A stretch of DNA of 54,698 nt. Origin: Bacteroidales bacterium UBA1797. GTDB taxonomy: Bacteria > Bacteroidota > Bacteroidia > Bacteroidales > VadinHA17. Location: contig DCFT01000087.1 of NCBI GenBank assembly GCA_002319885.1, positions 781 to 55,478 on the forward strand, in the 5' to 3' direction. Position 1 is the first letter of the stretch. Each line of letters begins with the position of its first letter. Under the pieces are notes generated by a model that worked only from the letters and a program-made list of their open reading frames with translations, was not told the DNA's origin and did no database searches. The translations under genes were made by a program, and so were the position numbers. Of the stretch, positions 28,807-39,250 are shown one piece after another.

Positions 28807-29580
28807 ATGGCCATCATTACTTTTCCAGATAAAAAAGCTGTAGAAAAGACAGTTAAAGCAATCTTCAGATTACTCTTCCCTTCCACCAATTCATATTCAG
28901 AAACTGAAGCGGAAAATAATCTCAATGAACAACAAAATCAAATGCTGATCATTTTGTCGGGTTTAACAGAGAATAAAGAAGAAGTTACCAGACAATTTTT
29001 TGAAACTATTGATAGTATAAAAGAGACTCTTCTGAAAGACGCAAAATTCATTCTTGAATCTGATCCTGCTGCCACTCAGTTATTAGAAGTCATTGCTATT
29101 TATCCGGGTTTTCTTGCAATTTTCTGCTATCGTATTGCTAATTGTCTTGCCAGGTTATCGGTGCCTATTCTTCCAAGGATTATAACAGAATATGCTCATA
29201 AAGTTACGGGCATAGACATTCACCCGTTAGCTACTATTGGCAGTCCCTTTTCTATTGACCACGGAACAGGAATAGTTATTGGAGAGACTACCATTATCGG
29301 GAATAATGTAAAACTCTACCAGGGAGTTACACTGGGAGCCCTTAGTGTGGCTAAAGACAAGGCTTCTAAAAAACGGCACCCGACAATAGAAGATAATGTA
29401 ATTCTCTACTCCGGATGTACTATCCTTGGAGGAGAAACAGTTGTAGGCAGAAACAGTATCATCGGAGGCAATGTCTGGCTCACCGAAAGTATTGCACCTT
29501 TCTCAGTTGTTTACCACAAAAGTGAAATTATTGTCAGAAATCACAATGATTTTGAGGAACCTTTAAACTTTATCATTTAA
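28807..29580 (+). CDS. cysE: Serine O-acetyltransferase (EpsC/CysE type)
   Basis: [34 protein letters not shown] and KRHPT. Confidence 0.93.
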   Translation: MAIITFPDKKAVEKTVKAIFRLLFPSTNSYSETEAENNLNEQQNQMLIILSGLTENKEEVTRQFFETIDSIKETLLKDAKFILESDPAATQLLEVIAIYPGFLAIFCYRIANCLARLSVPILPRIITEYAHKVTGIDIHPLATIGSPFSIDHGTGIVIGETTIIGNNVKLYQGVTLGALSVAKDKASKKRHPTIEDNVILYSGCTILGGETVVGRNSIIGGNVWLTESIAPFSVVYHKSEIIVRNHNDFEEPLNFII

Positions 29581-29603
29581 AACATTTTCAAAATAAAAGT
29601 ATT

Positions 29604-30515
29604 ATGAAAGTAAATTCAATTCTTGAAACAATAGGAAACACACCTCATCTAAAAATAAACAAGCTCTTTGACCCGAATTATTCAGTATGGGTAAAACTCG
29701 AGAGATCAAATCCCGGAGCCAGCATTAAGGACCGTATTGCATTATCGATGGTTGAGGATGCAGAAAAAAGAGGTGAATTGAAAACCGGAAGTGTGATTAT
29801 TGAGCCGACATCCGGCAATACAGGGATTGGTCTGGCCATGGTAGCCGCAGTAAAAAATTACAGGCTGATACTGGTAATGCCTGAATCAATGTCGCTCGAA
29901 AGGAGAAAAATAATGAGTTCATATGGAGCTGAATTTGTGCTTACACCACGGGAAAAAGGCATGAACGGAGCTATAGAACGTGCCAGGGAATTAATACAGG
30001 TAACACCTGATTCATGGATGCCGATGCAATTCGATAACCCGTCTAATACCAATATTCACAGGACCACCACTGCGCAGGAAATTCTTAAAGATTTTCCTGA
30101 AGGTTTTGATTACCTTATTACAGGTGTAGGTACCGGCGGACATATTACAGGTTGTGCTGAAGTTTTAAAAAAGTCATTTCCAAAGTTAAAAGTATATGCT
30201 GTTGAACCGGAATTATCTCCGGTATTGAGTGGAGGTTCGCCTGCGTCTCATCCATTACAGGGCATTGGCGCAGGATTTATTCCCTCTATTCTGAATACAG
30301 ATCTTCTCGATGGCATAATCAGGGTCACCAAAGAAGAGGCATATACATTTACCAGAAGAGCAGCAAAGGAAGAAGGGCTGTTTGTCGGAATATCATCGGG
30401 TGCCTCACTGGCCGCAGTAAATCAAAAATTAGCTGATTTTCCGAAAGGATCAAGAATTCTCACTTTCTGCTATGATACAGGTGAAAGATATTTATCAGTC
30501 GATGGTTTGTTTTAG
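29604..30515 (+). CDS. cysK: Cysteine synthase A
   Basis: [28 protein letters not shown] and QGIGAGF. Confidence 0.96.
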   Translation: MKVNSILETIGNTPHLKINKLFDPNYSVWVKLERSNPGASIKDRIALSMVEDAEKRGELKTGSVIIEPTSGNTGIGLAMVAAVKNYRLILVMPESMSLERRKIMSSYGAEFVLTPREKGMNGAIERARELIQVTPDSWMPMQFDNPSNTNIHRTTTAQEILKDFPEGFDYLITGVGTGGHITGCAEVLKKSFPKLKVYAVEPELSPVLSGGSPASHPLQGIGAGFIPSILNTDLLDGIIRVTKEEAYTFTRRAAKEEGLFVGISSGASLAAVNQKLADFPKGSRILTFCYDTGERYLSVDGLF

Positions 30516-30537
30516 TTACAACTCTTTTAACCCAATC

Positions 30538-30691
30538 GGAGCTGTTGAAAAATTTACTAATCTTCTGGTTTTCACTTTGAGTTACTTTATGCAAACCTTT
30601 GTGTTCCTTTGTGGTAAAATACAAAACATTTAACCACAAAGAAACTCAAAGGTCATCACTAAGGTTCACAATAGACTTTTACAACATCCCC
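30538..30691. mobile_element. MITE-like element, copy C
   Basis: Imperfect terminal inverted repeats GGAGCTGTTGAAAAA / TTTTACAACATCCCC; internal CTTTGTGGT...ACCACAAAG inverted repeat; lies between convergent cysK and dinB. Confidence 0.65.
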
Positions 30692-30693
30692 AA

Positions 30694-31779
30694 TTATTCC
30701 TCAAAAAGATAAAGCTGCCTGTCACCGCAATCCTCAGTTTCCAGATTGGATATGCTTAATCCCAGAAGTCTGATCCTTGATCCCTCAAGCTTCAATGATT
30801 TGCGAATTTCCGAAACCTCTTTATGCAGTTTGTCAAAATCACGAATAAAATACTGAAGTGTTTTGCTTCTTGTAATCTGTCTGAAATCGGAAAACTTTAC
30901 TTTCATCGTGATCGTTCTTCCGGTAGTTTCAGAATGATCCAGCCGCTCCATCAATTCTTTTTCCAGTCTGTATAATTCAGCAATAATCTCAAAACGTGTG
31001 GTAAGATCTTTTTCATAAGTGAGCTCAGTCCCCACAGATTTTCGTTCCTGATCAGGTTCAACAGGCCTTTCATCAATACCTCTAACAATATCGTAAAAGA
31101 AAACACCCGCCTTGCCAAAATTTCTGACAAGTGAAACAAGATCCCATTTCTTAAGATCAGCACCGGTGTGAATTCCAAGTTTATGCATCTTTTGTGCCGT
31201 TACCTTACCGATGCCATAAAACCTTTCAACATTAAGCTTTTCAATGAATTTTTCAGCGTCTTCAGGTTTTATAAGGTACATACCATCAGGCTTATTTATG
31301 TCAGATGCTATCTTAGCCAGAAATTTATTCACAGATATTCCAGCTGAAGCTGTAAGACCGGTGACTGTTTTTATTTCACTCCTTATTTCCCTTGCAATAA
31401 CTGTTGCAGACCTTATATTTTTTTTATCACATGTTACATCAAGAAAAGCTTCATCGATTGAGAGTGGTTCAATAAGATCAGTATATTTCCTGAATATCTC
31501 CATAATAGTAGCAGAAACTTCAGTATACCTGCTGAAATTATGTTTCACAAAGATCAGATCAGGACAGAGACGTCGTGCAATAACTGAAGGCATTGCAGAT
31601 CGAACTCCAAATTTTCTTGCCTCATAACTGGCCGCTGCTACTACACTACGCTCGCCACTTCCACCTACAGCAACAGGTCTCCCTCTCAGTTCCGGGTTAT
31701 CGAGCTGTTCAACAGATGCAAAGAATGCATCCATATCAATATGAATTATCTTTCTCAAATCCGAATTAATTCTAAACAA
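30694..31779 (-). CDS. dinB: DNA polymerase IV
   Basis: IIHIDMDAFFASVE, ASYEARKFGV, SIDEAFLD, KFLAKIASD and KP.G. Confidence 0.96.
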   Translation of the reverse strand: MFRINSDLRKIIHIDMDAFFASVEQLDNPELRGRPVAVGGSGERSVVAAASYEARKFGVRSAMPSVIARRLCPDLIFVKHNFSRYTEVSATIMEIFRKYTDLIEPLSIDEAFLDVTCDKKNIRSATVIAREIRSEIKTVTGLTASAGISVNKFLAKIASDINKPDGMYLIKPEDAEKFIEKLNVERFYGIGKVTAQKMHKLGIHTGADLKKWDLVSLVRNFGKAGVFFYDIVRGIDERPVEPDQERKSVGTELTYEKDLTTRFEIIAELYRLEKELMERLDHSETTGRTITMKVKFSDFRQITRSKTLQYFIRDFDKLHKEVSEIRKSLKLEGSRIRLLGLSISNLETEDCGDRQLYLFEE

Positions 31780-31970
31780 ATCTATAAATAAAAAATTATA
31801 TGACAGAAATCCTCACTACCTCCTCTTAAAATCTGTTTCCTGCATAGATATTTCATCCGATCGGTATTTTCACGACAAACGCAAAATAATTCTTAACTTC
31901 AGTTCTAATCCAGAATCTGTACTTTACTTAGCGTTCGTAAAACAAAGTATAACATTAAAACTAAATTAAA

Positions 31971-32306
31971 ATGAAAAAACTAGTATTCCTTTTAGCAGTT
32001 GTATTTCTTTCTGTATCAGCTTTCGGACAGACAACCACAACAACAGCTCCTAAAACAACAACTAAAACCGATCAGGCAAAACATGTAACAAAGACACATG
32101 CTGTTGCTTCAACACAAACAAAAACTGTTAAAACCGCTACAGATACATCAAAAACAAAGGTAGCAGTTAAGAAAGATGGAACTCCTGACAAAAGATTCAA
32201 AGCAAACAAGACAACATCAGTTAAAGCAGAAGGACCTTTAAAGAAAGATGGTACGCCTGACATGAGATACAAAACAAATAAAGACAATACGAAAGTTAAA
32301 AAGTAA
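31971..32306 (+). CDS. Secreted Lys/Thr-rich protein with duplicated KKDGTPDxR(F/Y)K motif
   Basis: Sec signal (..SAFG|Q); two motif copies 24 aa apart; strong terminator downstream. Confidence 0.8.
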   Translation: MKKLVFLLAVVFLSVSAFGQTTTTTAPKTTTKTDQAKHVTKTHAVASTQTKTVKTATDTSKTKVAVKKDGTPDKRFKANKTTSVKAEGPLKKDGTPDMRYKTNKDNTKVKK

Positions 32307-32327
32307 TAATTACTTTAAATAAAAGAG

Positions 32328-32358
32328 AAAGGTTTCCTGTTTTAGGAAACCTTTTTTT
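32328..32358 (+). terminator. Rho-independent terminator
   Basis: AAAGGTTTCCT-GTTTT-AGGAAACCTTT followed by further Ts. Confidence 0.85.
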
Positions 32359-32384
32359 ATTTATCCTTTGAAAATTGGTCAACA

Positions 32385-35354
32385 ATGACCATAATTGCAG
32401 GAAATATAATAATGAATTCATTGGAGACAGGATCAGATAAGAAGGGAAGGAAATTGGCTCTGATATTATTTCAGCACAGATTGTGGGGATATATTATACT
32501 GCCATATATTATTCAAAGGGTAGCGGACCGGGGTTATTATAAATTATCAGAATGTCTTTCTCCTTTTCCCAACATCGATACATTAAGTACTCTGACAGGA
32601 GAAGAACGTGAGGTTGTTAAGATAATTAATGAATATTCTGACAGGAATCTGTTTAAGTTGTTTTCGAGGGAAAAGACTGTTAAGGAGTTCCTGGAAAAAG
32701 TGACTCAGGAAAAACTTGAAATCTTTATAAGACCATATATAGAGCGACGGCTTTACAAATGTTTTACAATAGCACGCGACGAAAATATCCCACTATATTT
32801 TCAGAAGACAAAAACTGTAACGCTGCATTCTGAGGATCAGCTTCAGGTATGTGAAGATAATGCTGATCCTGTATTCAGATTCGCAAGAAATGAGGAACAA
32901 AGTTACTATAGCCTTAGGCTGGAATCTGCGGGGAAACCTATCAACCTCATGAATAATTCTGTAGATATTATTTGTATGTCGCCCTGTCTGATCAGAGAAG
33001 ACCATAAGATATTTTATGTTTCTGATGTGGATGGTTCGAAGTTGAAACCATTTTTTACAAAAGAGAACATTCTGATTCCAAAAAAATCAGAATTTAAGTA
33101 CTTCAGTGGTTTTGTGCTTAATACAATAAATAACTATAAAGTTGAGAGCTCGGGATTTGAAATCTTAGAAATGATCCCATCCAAAGAGCCAATCCTGGAA
33201 CTTGAAACCGGACTAAAAGGCAATCCGGGTTTAACATTAAGATATAATTATCAGGGAAACAGAATATTTTCAAACGAGCCCTCCAATTCGTTTACAATAT
33301 TTGAAAGGAAAGGTGATAATTATATTTTCAGAAAATATTATCGCGATTTTACATGGGAAAGAGAATGTCGTAAGACGTTGGGCGAACTGGGATTTTTCTC
33401 CGATGATGAGATTAATTTTTTTCCTGTGTCAACAAATAACAGGCGAATAGATGACCTGTATACAATTTTAGAACTTGTAAACAGTAGTTACACTGAAATA
33501 ATCAACTCGGGATTTGTACTTACTTCGAGGCTCGATCTTAACTACAATTTAAAACCGATAGATATTGAGATAAGCAGTCAGATTATAAATGATTGGTTTG
33601 ATCTCAGGGCTTCTGTTAAAATCGGTGAATGGACATTACCGTTCAACCGTTTCAAAAAAAACATTCTTGAAGGAATAAGAGAATATACTCTTCCCGATGG
33701 CACGATAGCAATTCTACCTGAGGCCTGGTTCACAAAATACAAAAATATATTCGAGTTCGGTAAGACAACCGATGACTCGCTGAAAATTCATAAGCAGCAT
33801 TTTTCGTTACTGGCCGATGCATTAAATGACGATATACATAAGGGATATGAAAGGCTGGGAAAATTACTGATCCCCGATAAGGTTCCTGTTCTCGACCCTC
33901 CTGAAGGGCTTAATTGTACCATGAGACAATATCAGTCGGATGGTCTGAACTGGTTGAATTTTCTTCAAAATGCCGGACTTGGAGGATGTCTTGCTGATGA
34001 TATGGGACTTGGCAAAACAATTCAGACACTGGCCATGCTTCAGTATAACAAAAATCACTTTCAGGAACAAAATATGACCGGCGCTGATGCAGAATTAACA
34101 TTGTTCGAAAGTTCTGAAATAAAACTTACATCACTTATAATAGTACCGGCATCTCTTATTTATAACTGGGAGAATGAGATTAAAAGATTCATTCCGGGAA
34201 TGAGAGTATACAGCTACAAGGGGAATCAACGTAAAAAATCAACTGCATATTTTCATAATTTTGATATTATACTATCGAGTTATCATACCATACGGCAAGA
34301 TATCGAATTAATTAGCTTATTTCCATTTCATTATATCATTCTGGATGAAAGTCAGGTAATTAAAAATCCTGCTTCAATGCTCTATAGAACAGTCACCAGG
34401 CTAAAATCAGAATTTAAACTTGTCCTTACAGGTACACCGGTGGAAAACTCTCTCACCGATCTGTGGACGCAGCTTAATTTTGTAAATCCCGGATTACTTG
34501 GTGATCTGGCATTTTTCCGCAGGGAATTTGCAAAACCGATCGAGAAAATGGGAGACGATGAGAAGGAGCTTAAACTCAGAAAGATCATTCAGCCATTTAT
34601 CCTGAGACGAACAAAAGAGAAGGTTGCACACGATCTGCCCCCCGTTACGGAACAGACCGTTTTTTGTGATATGACAGACGAGCAGTTTAAAGTATATGAT
34701 GAGGAAAAATCAGCAGTCAGAAATAGTATTCTCAAAAGTATTTCATCAACAGGCCATGAAAAATCAGCAATTGTTGTACTTCAGGGGTTGATGAAGCTCA
34801 GACAGTTATCCAATCATCCTGTACTGGCAAATGAAGAATACACATCAGGTTCAGGAAAATTCGAAACTGTGATGCAGGATATGGAGAGTGTTATTGCAGA
34901 AGGTCATAAAATTCTGGTATTTTCATCTTTTGTTAAACATCTTGATCTGTATGCTGAAGAATTAAAGAAAAAGAGAATTCGTTTTGCCATGCTAACCGGA
35001 GCAAGTACAAAAAGAGAAAAAATAGTAAACAGCTTCCAGTTTGACCCCGAGAACAAAATATTCCTTATTTCTCTCAAAGCAGGTGGTGTAGGTCTGAATC
35101 TTACTGCTGCAGATTATGTTTTTATCCTCGATCCATGGTGGAATCCTGCATCTGAAATGCAGGCGCTAAACAGGGCACATCGCATTGGCCAATATAAAAG
35201 TGTATTTGTCTACAGGTATATTACCAGTAATAGTATTGAAGAAAAGATAGTACGATTACAGGAAAGAAAATCTAAACTGGCAGACATTTTCATTTCAAGC
35301 AACAACCCTCTTAAGGATATCGATATAGACGAAATTCTCAATATAATCGGATAA
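32385..35354 (+). CDS. SNF2-family helicase/ATPase (start may be 32412)
   Basis: LADDMGLGKT, ILDESQ.IKN, LTGTPVEN, LISLKAGGVGLNLT, DPWWNPA and RAHRIGQ. Confidence 0.93.
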   Translation: MTIIAGNIIMNSLETGSDKKGRKLALILFQHRLWGYIILPYIIQRVADRGYYKLSECLSPFPNIDTLSTLTGEEREVVKIINEYSDRNLFKLFSREKTVKEFLEKVTQEKLEIFIRPYIERRLYKCFTIARDENIPLYFQKTKTVTLHSEDQLQVCEDNADPVFRFARNEEQSYYSLRLESAGKPINLMNNSVDIICMSPCLIREDHKIFYVSDVDGSKLKPFFTKENILIPKKSEFKYFSGFVLNTINNYKVESSGFEILEMIPSKEPILELETGLKGNPGLTLRYNYQGNRIFSNEPSNSFTIFERKGDNYIFRKYYRDFTWERECRKTLGELGFFSDDEINFFPVSTNNRRIDDLYTILELVNSSYTEIINSGFVLTSRLDLNYNLKPIDIEISSQIINDWFDLRASVKIGEWTLPFNRFKKNILEGIREYTLPDGTIAILPEAWFTKYKNIFEFGKTTDDSLKIHKQHFSLLADALNDDIHKGYERLGKLLIPDKVPVLDPPEGLNCTMRQYQSDGLNWLNFLQNAGLGGCLADDMGLGKTIQTLAMLQYNKNHFQEQNMTGADAELTLFESSEIKLTSLIIVPASLIYNWENEIKRFIPGMRVYSYKGNQRKKSTAYFHNFDIILSSYHTIRQDIELISLFPFHYIILDESQVIKNPASMLYRTVTRLKSEFKLVLTGTPVENSLTDLWTQLNFVNPGLLGDLAFFRREFAKPIEKMGDDEKELKLRKIIQPFILRRTKEKVAHDLPPVTEQTVFCDMTDEQFKVYDEEKSAVRNSILKSISSTGHEKSAIVVLQGLMKLRQLSNHPVLANEEYTSGSGKFETVMQDMESVIAEGHKILVFSSFVKHLDLYAEELKKKRIRFAMLTGASTKREKIVNSFQFDPENKIFLISLKAGGVGLNLTAADYVFILDPWWNPASEMQALNRAHRIGQYKSVFVYRYITSNSIEEKIVRLQERKSKLADIFISSNNPLKDIDIDEILNIIG

Positions 35355-35543
35355 GTTTATCGTTATTCTTCCTATGTTTTACCTCTATTGGGGCTGCTGA
35401 AAGAGTCTCCAGGAAGAGAAACGTACATAAAAGTCCCAAGTATGGGATTTAGGGTTGAAAATATTGTGAACTGCAGAAAGTCATTCGAATATCAATATAT
35501 TTGTAGTGTATGATTCTGAATCATAAAATATAATTTAGTAATT

Positions 35544-36125
35544 ATGAAAGTACTAGGTATCAACTGCAGTCCGCGTAAGGGAGGAAATACAGAACTACTG
35601 ATAAATGAGGTCTTTAAAGCACTTGAGAAAGAGGGAATTAAAACTGAGTTTTTTCAGCTGGGAGGAAAAGATGTTAACGGATGCATAGCATGTATGAAAT
35701 GCAGAAAAAAGAAAGACGGATTCTGTCACCAGAAGAATGAAGTAATTAACAAATGTATAGAAAGGATGCTGAAGGCTGATGCAATTATCATCGGATCGCC
35801 TGTATATAATGCCGATATTACAGCAGATGCCAAAGCTTTTCTGGAGGTGTCGAGTTATGCACTCGGGGGTGCAGGTAAGCTGCTGAAGCATATGCCTGGT
35901 GCGGCGGTAGTTGCTGTACGGCGTGCAGGCGCAATTCATGCCTTCGATACTATAAACCATTTCTTCCTGATAAATGAAATGATCATACCCGGATCGTCTT
36001 ACTGGAATATTGCTATTGGCCGTGAAAAAGGCGAGGTGCTTAAAGACGAGGAAGGTATGAGGACAATGAAAACGCTCGGAGAAAATATGGCATGGCTTTT
36101 AAAAAAGATCAATGCTAAAAATTAA
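35544..36125 (+). CDS. Iron-sulfur flavoprotein / flavodoxin-family NADPH-dependent FMN reductase
   Basis: SPRKGGNT, CIACMKC...C, IIGSPVY and RRAG. Candidate -7 element TATATTTG at 35496-35503. Confidence 0.88.
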   Translation: MKVLGINCSPRKGGNTELLINEVFKALEKEGIKTEFFQLGGKDVNGCIACMKCRKKKDGFCHQKNEVINKCIERMLKADAIIIGSPVYNADITADAKAFLEVSSYALGGAGKLLKHMPGAAVVAVRRAGAIHAFDTINHFFLINEMIIPGSSYWNIAIGREKGEVLKDEEGMRTMKTLGENMAWLLKKINAKN

Positions 36126-36140
36126 AATTATCAAAAAACT

Positions 36141-36247
36141 GTAGAGACGCCCAATTTGGGCGTCTCACAATTCAATATTTGTAAAATACATCTACAGAAA
36201 CAAACTGACCATAAATACGTAGAGACGCCCAAATTGGGCGTCTCTAC
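36141..36247. repeat. REP doublet (REPIN-like), copy 1
   Basis: GTAGAGACGCCCAATTTGGGCGTCTC (36141-36166) and GTAGAGACGCCCAAATTGGGCGTCTCTAC (36219-36247) in inverted orientation around a ~52-bp spacer. Both are GTAG-headed palindromes. Confidence 0.88.
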
Positions 36248-36271
36248 AGTTAACGGTCAGGTTAATTAGGC

Positions 36272-38053
36272 CTAAAAATTATCACGTTCCACATAGTGAG
36301 TATGAAGCAAATCATGTGATTTGTGACTATTTGGCTGGTCGAGAAACTCTTTATAGATTGCGATAACATCGGGGTTCATATGAGACTTACGCAACTCCTT
36401 GTGTTCATCTTCAGCGTAGATTGCCTTCATACGCTTTTCCCTGATCTGCAGATTGGTTGGAATAGGCTGACCTCCTCCTCCAATGCAACCTCCGGGACAA
36501 GCCATTATTTCAACAAAGTGATAAGGAGCTTTACCTTCCCTTGTCATCTTCATAATTTTATTTGCATTTACCAGACCATGTGCAATTGCCACCTTAAGTT
36601 CGGCACCTTCAAGAAACTTCCATGCTTCAACACAACCTTCAATCTTTATGGTTGCTTCTTTAACCCCTTCCATTCCTCTTACAGGAGTAATGTTAAGATT
36701 CCCAAATGGAACCTCACGTCCTGTAACGATCTCATAAGCAGTACGTAACGCAGCTTCCATAACTCCTCCGGTTGCGCCGAAAATAACCGCAGCCCCGGTT
36801 GAATCTCCCATTATCGAGTCGTAATTTGCCTCCTCAATATTTCTGAAGTCAATACCTGCCTGTTTAATCATTACTGCAAGTTCGCGTGTTGTAAGAACAT
36901 AATCAACATCTTTAAACCCGCTTGAGCGCATTTCTGGTCTGTCGGCTTCAAATTTCTTTGCAGTGCAGGGCATTATAGATACTGAAACAATTTTAGATGG
37001 ATCAATATTACGTTTCCTGGCATAGAATGTTTTAGCCAGTGCACCAAACATTTGCTGAGGCGATTTACAGGTTGACAGGTTTGGAAGAAATTCAGGATAC
37101 TTGTGTTCAATAAATTTTATCCATCCAGGAGAGCAAGATGTAAACATTGGTAATGAAATACCTTTATCTCCGTCAACCAGTGCTTTTTTAAGTCTGACAA
37201 GAAGTTCAGTACCTTCTTCCATAATAGTCAGGTCGGCACTAAAGTCAGTATCAAGAACGGAATCAAATCCCAGCTGTCGCAGAGCGTTTACCATCTTTCC
37301 TGTAACTCTTTCGCCAGGATCATACCCCAGATCTTCACCAAGAGCGACTCTTACAGCAGGAGCAGTCTGAACTACCACATGTTTATCGGGATCATAAATA
37401 GCATCCCAGACCTGGTCAATATATGTTTTCTCAACCAGCGCCCCCGTAGGACATCGGTTAACACACTGACCGCAATTGGTACAGACAACATTGCTCATTG
37501 GACGATTGTGGAATGAAGAGATTTTCTGATGAGCACCTTTGTTAGCGACAGCTATTGCAGAAATGTACTGCAGCTCGGAACAGGTTCTCACACATCTCTG
37601 GCAACGTATACATTTGCTGTCGTCTTTTACAAATGATGGAGAAGATCTATCGATGTTATACTTCTTGTTTTCCACCAGATCAAAAAAGACATGATCGCCG
37701 AATGCAAAATCATTTGCAAGCTTCTGAAGTTCACAATTCTGATTTTTATAGCATTTTGTACAATCCGCTCTGTGTTCCGACAATAGAAGTTCGACAATAT
37801 GTTTACGGGCATTACGAACCTTTAGAGTATTAGTGTGTATCTCCATCCCTTCTGCAGCAGGAGTTGCACATGATGCAATAAGTGTTCTTGCTCCTTTTTG
37901 TTCAACAATGCACACACGACAATTACCGGCAACACAGAGGTCATCATGGTTACACAGGGTAGGTATGTTTATTTTCAGTTTCTTTGCTGCAGCAAGAACT
38001 GTGGTTCCTTCCTGGACTGAGACCTTCTGGTCGTTTATAGTTAAATTTATCAT
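36272..38053 (-). CDS. hydA: [FeFe]-hydrogenase catalytic subunit, group A
   Basis: H-cluster motifs TSCSPGW, MPCTAKKFE and EIMACPGGCIGGGGQP. N-terminal 2Fe-2S, His-ligated cluster (HRADCTKC..NC) and 2x[4Fe-4S]. Confidence 0.96.
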   Translation of the reverse strand: MINLTINDQKVSVQEGTTVLAAAKKLKINIPTLCNHDDLCVAGNCRVCIVEQKGARTLIASCATPAAEGMEIHTNTLKVRNARKHIVELLLSEHRADCTKCYKNQNCELQKLANDFAFGDHVFFDLVENKKYNIDRSSPSFVKDDSKCIRCQRCVRTCSELQYISAIAVANKGAHQKISSFHNRPMSNVVCTNCGQCVNRCPTGALVEKTYIDQVWDAIYDPDKHVVVQTAPAVRVALGEDLGYDPGERVTGKMVNALRQLGFDSVLDTDFSADLTIMEEGTELLVRLKKALVDGDKGISLPMFTSCSPGWIKFIEHKYPEFLPNLSTCKSPQQMFGALAKTFYARKRNIDPSKIVSVSIMPCTAKKFEADRPEMRSSGFKDVDYVLTTRELAVMIKQAGIDFRNIEEANYDSIMGDSTGAAVIFGATGGVMEAALRTAYEIVTGREVPFGNLNITPVRGMEGVKEATIKIEGCVEAWKFLEGAELKVAIAHGLVNANKIMKMTREGKAPYHFVEIMACPGGCIGGGGQPIPTNLQIREKRMKAIYAEDEHKELRKSHMNPDVIAIYKEFLDQPNSHKSHDLLHTHYVERDNF

Positions 38054-38074
38054 GATTCTTTGATTTTTAATTGA

Positions 38075-39235
38075 TTAATAGATGATCTCCTCCTTAAAAT
38101 TTCCAACAATAGATTTAAATGCGTTCCCAACTGATTGTCCAAGTCCACATTTAGCAGCTATTTTCATAGTATCTGCAAGCTTCATCAATTCATTAAGGTA
38201 TGTCGATGCAGCTTCTCCTTTTTTAACTTTTTCGACCCCTAAAAGTAACTGCTGGCATCCAACCCTGCAAGGAGTGCACTGACCACATGATTCTTCAGTA
38301 AAGAAATCAAGATAATTATGCAGAACGTTATACATCGACCGTGAACTGTTGAAAAGTTTCATTGATCCACCCGTTGGAACACCCTCAAAACCTATAATAG
38401 TTTCAGCGAATTTTTTCCTGGGTACACAGAACCCTGAGGCTCCACCAACCTGGACGGCTTTTGTATCACCATCGCCAAATTCATTTACAAATTGCTGGAC
38501 AGTCATACCCAGTTCAAGCTCAAAGATTCCGGGAGTTGGTGTGTCGCCCGATACTGAGAATACTTTTGAACCTCTTGAATCTTTTGTACCGTACTGTATG
38601 AAGTTTTTTGCCCCATGCTGAATGATCATCATGGCAGTTACCAGCGTTTCAACATTGTTAATTGAGGTTGGCTTATGAAAAACACCTGATACTGTTGGAT
38701 AAGGAGGTTTATTTCTTGGCTCACCACGTTTCCCCTCAATTGACTCAAACAGCGCACTTTCCTCACCGCAAATATATGCGCCGCTACCCATTCGGTATTC
38801 TATGTTAAAGTCATATCCAATCTCATTTATCATCTTATGGAATGATTCGAGTTCGATCATGAGTTTTGGCAGAAGATAGCTGTACTCTCCTCTCAGGTAG
38901 ACTATCCCTTTTTTTGCACCTATAGCTTTTCCTGCTATTGCCATCCCGCCATGAACTTTATTTGAAACCCTGTCGAGTATCTCACGATCCTTAAATGTTC
39001 CGGGTTCTCCTTCATCAGCATTACAAACAATATACTTTTCCGGATTCTTCTCAGCTGCGGTAAATTTCCATTTCATACCTGTAGGGAAGCCGGCACCTCC
39101 CCTTCCTTTCAGACCAGAGTCAAGCATCTCCTGAATAATCTCATCGCTGCTCATTTTGAAGCCTTTTGCAAGAACTTCATGACTATCTATTTTTTCAAAA
39201 ATAAGGTCTACTTTAGTTAATCCTTTGTTTTCCAT
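38075..39235 (-). CDS. hydB: NuoF-like NADH/FMN-binding hydrogenase beta subunit (short form)
   Basis: GLKGRGGAGFPTG, NADEGEPGTFKDR, GAYICGEE, NNVET and ESCGQCTPCR...CGLG; no C-terminal ferredoxin domain. Confidence 0.92.
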   Translation of the reverse strand: MENKGLTKVDLIFEKIDSHEVLAKGFKMSSDEIIQEMLDSGLKGRGGAGFPTGMKWKFTAAEKNPEKYIVCNADEGEPGTFKDREILDRVSNKVHGGMAIAGKAIGAKKGIVYLRGEYSYLLPKLMIELESFHKMINEIGYDFNIEYRMGSGAYICGEESALFESIEGKRGEPRNKPPYPTVSGVFHKPTSINNVETLVTAMMIIQHGAKNFIQYGTKDSRGSKVFSVSGDTPTPGIFELELGMTVQQFVNEFGDGDTKAVQVGGASGFCVPRKKFAETIIGFEGVPTGGSMKLFNSSRSMYNVLHNYLDFFTEESCGQCTPCRVGCQQLLLGVEKVKKGEAASTYLNELMKLADTMKIAAKCGLGQSVGNAFKSIVGNFKEEIIY

Positions 39236-39250
39236 AGTTCTGGTGGATAT

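Noticed and set aside
31780-31970. SOS box upstream of dinB, or a dinB-SNF2 repair module
   Set aside because: No convincing palindrome (no GGA-N5-TCC match). The genes are divergent and separated by an unrelated gene with its own terminator.
32385-35354. SNF2 ATPase as part of an anti-phage defence system
   Set aside because: No methylase, nuclease or other defence partners nearby; it resembles the stand-alone housekeeping SNF2 of Bacteroidota.
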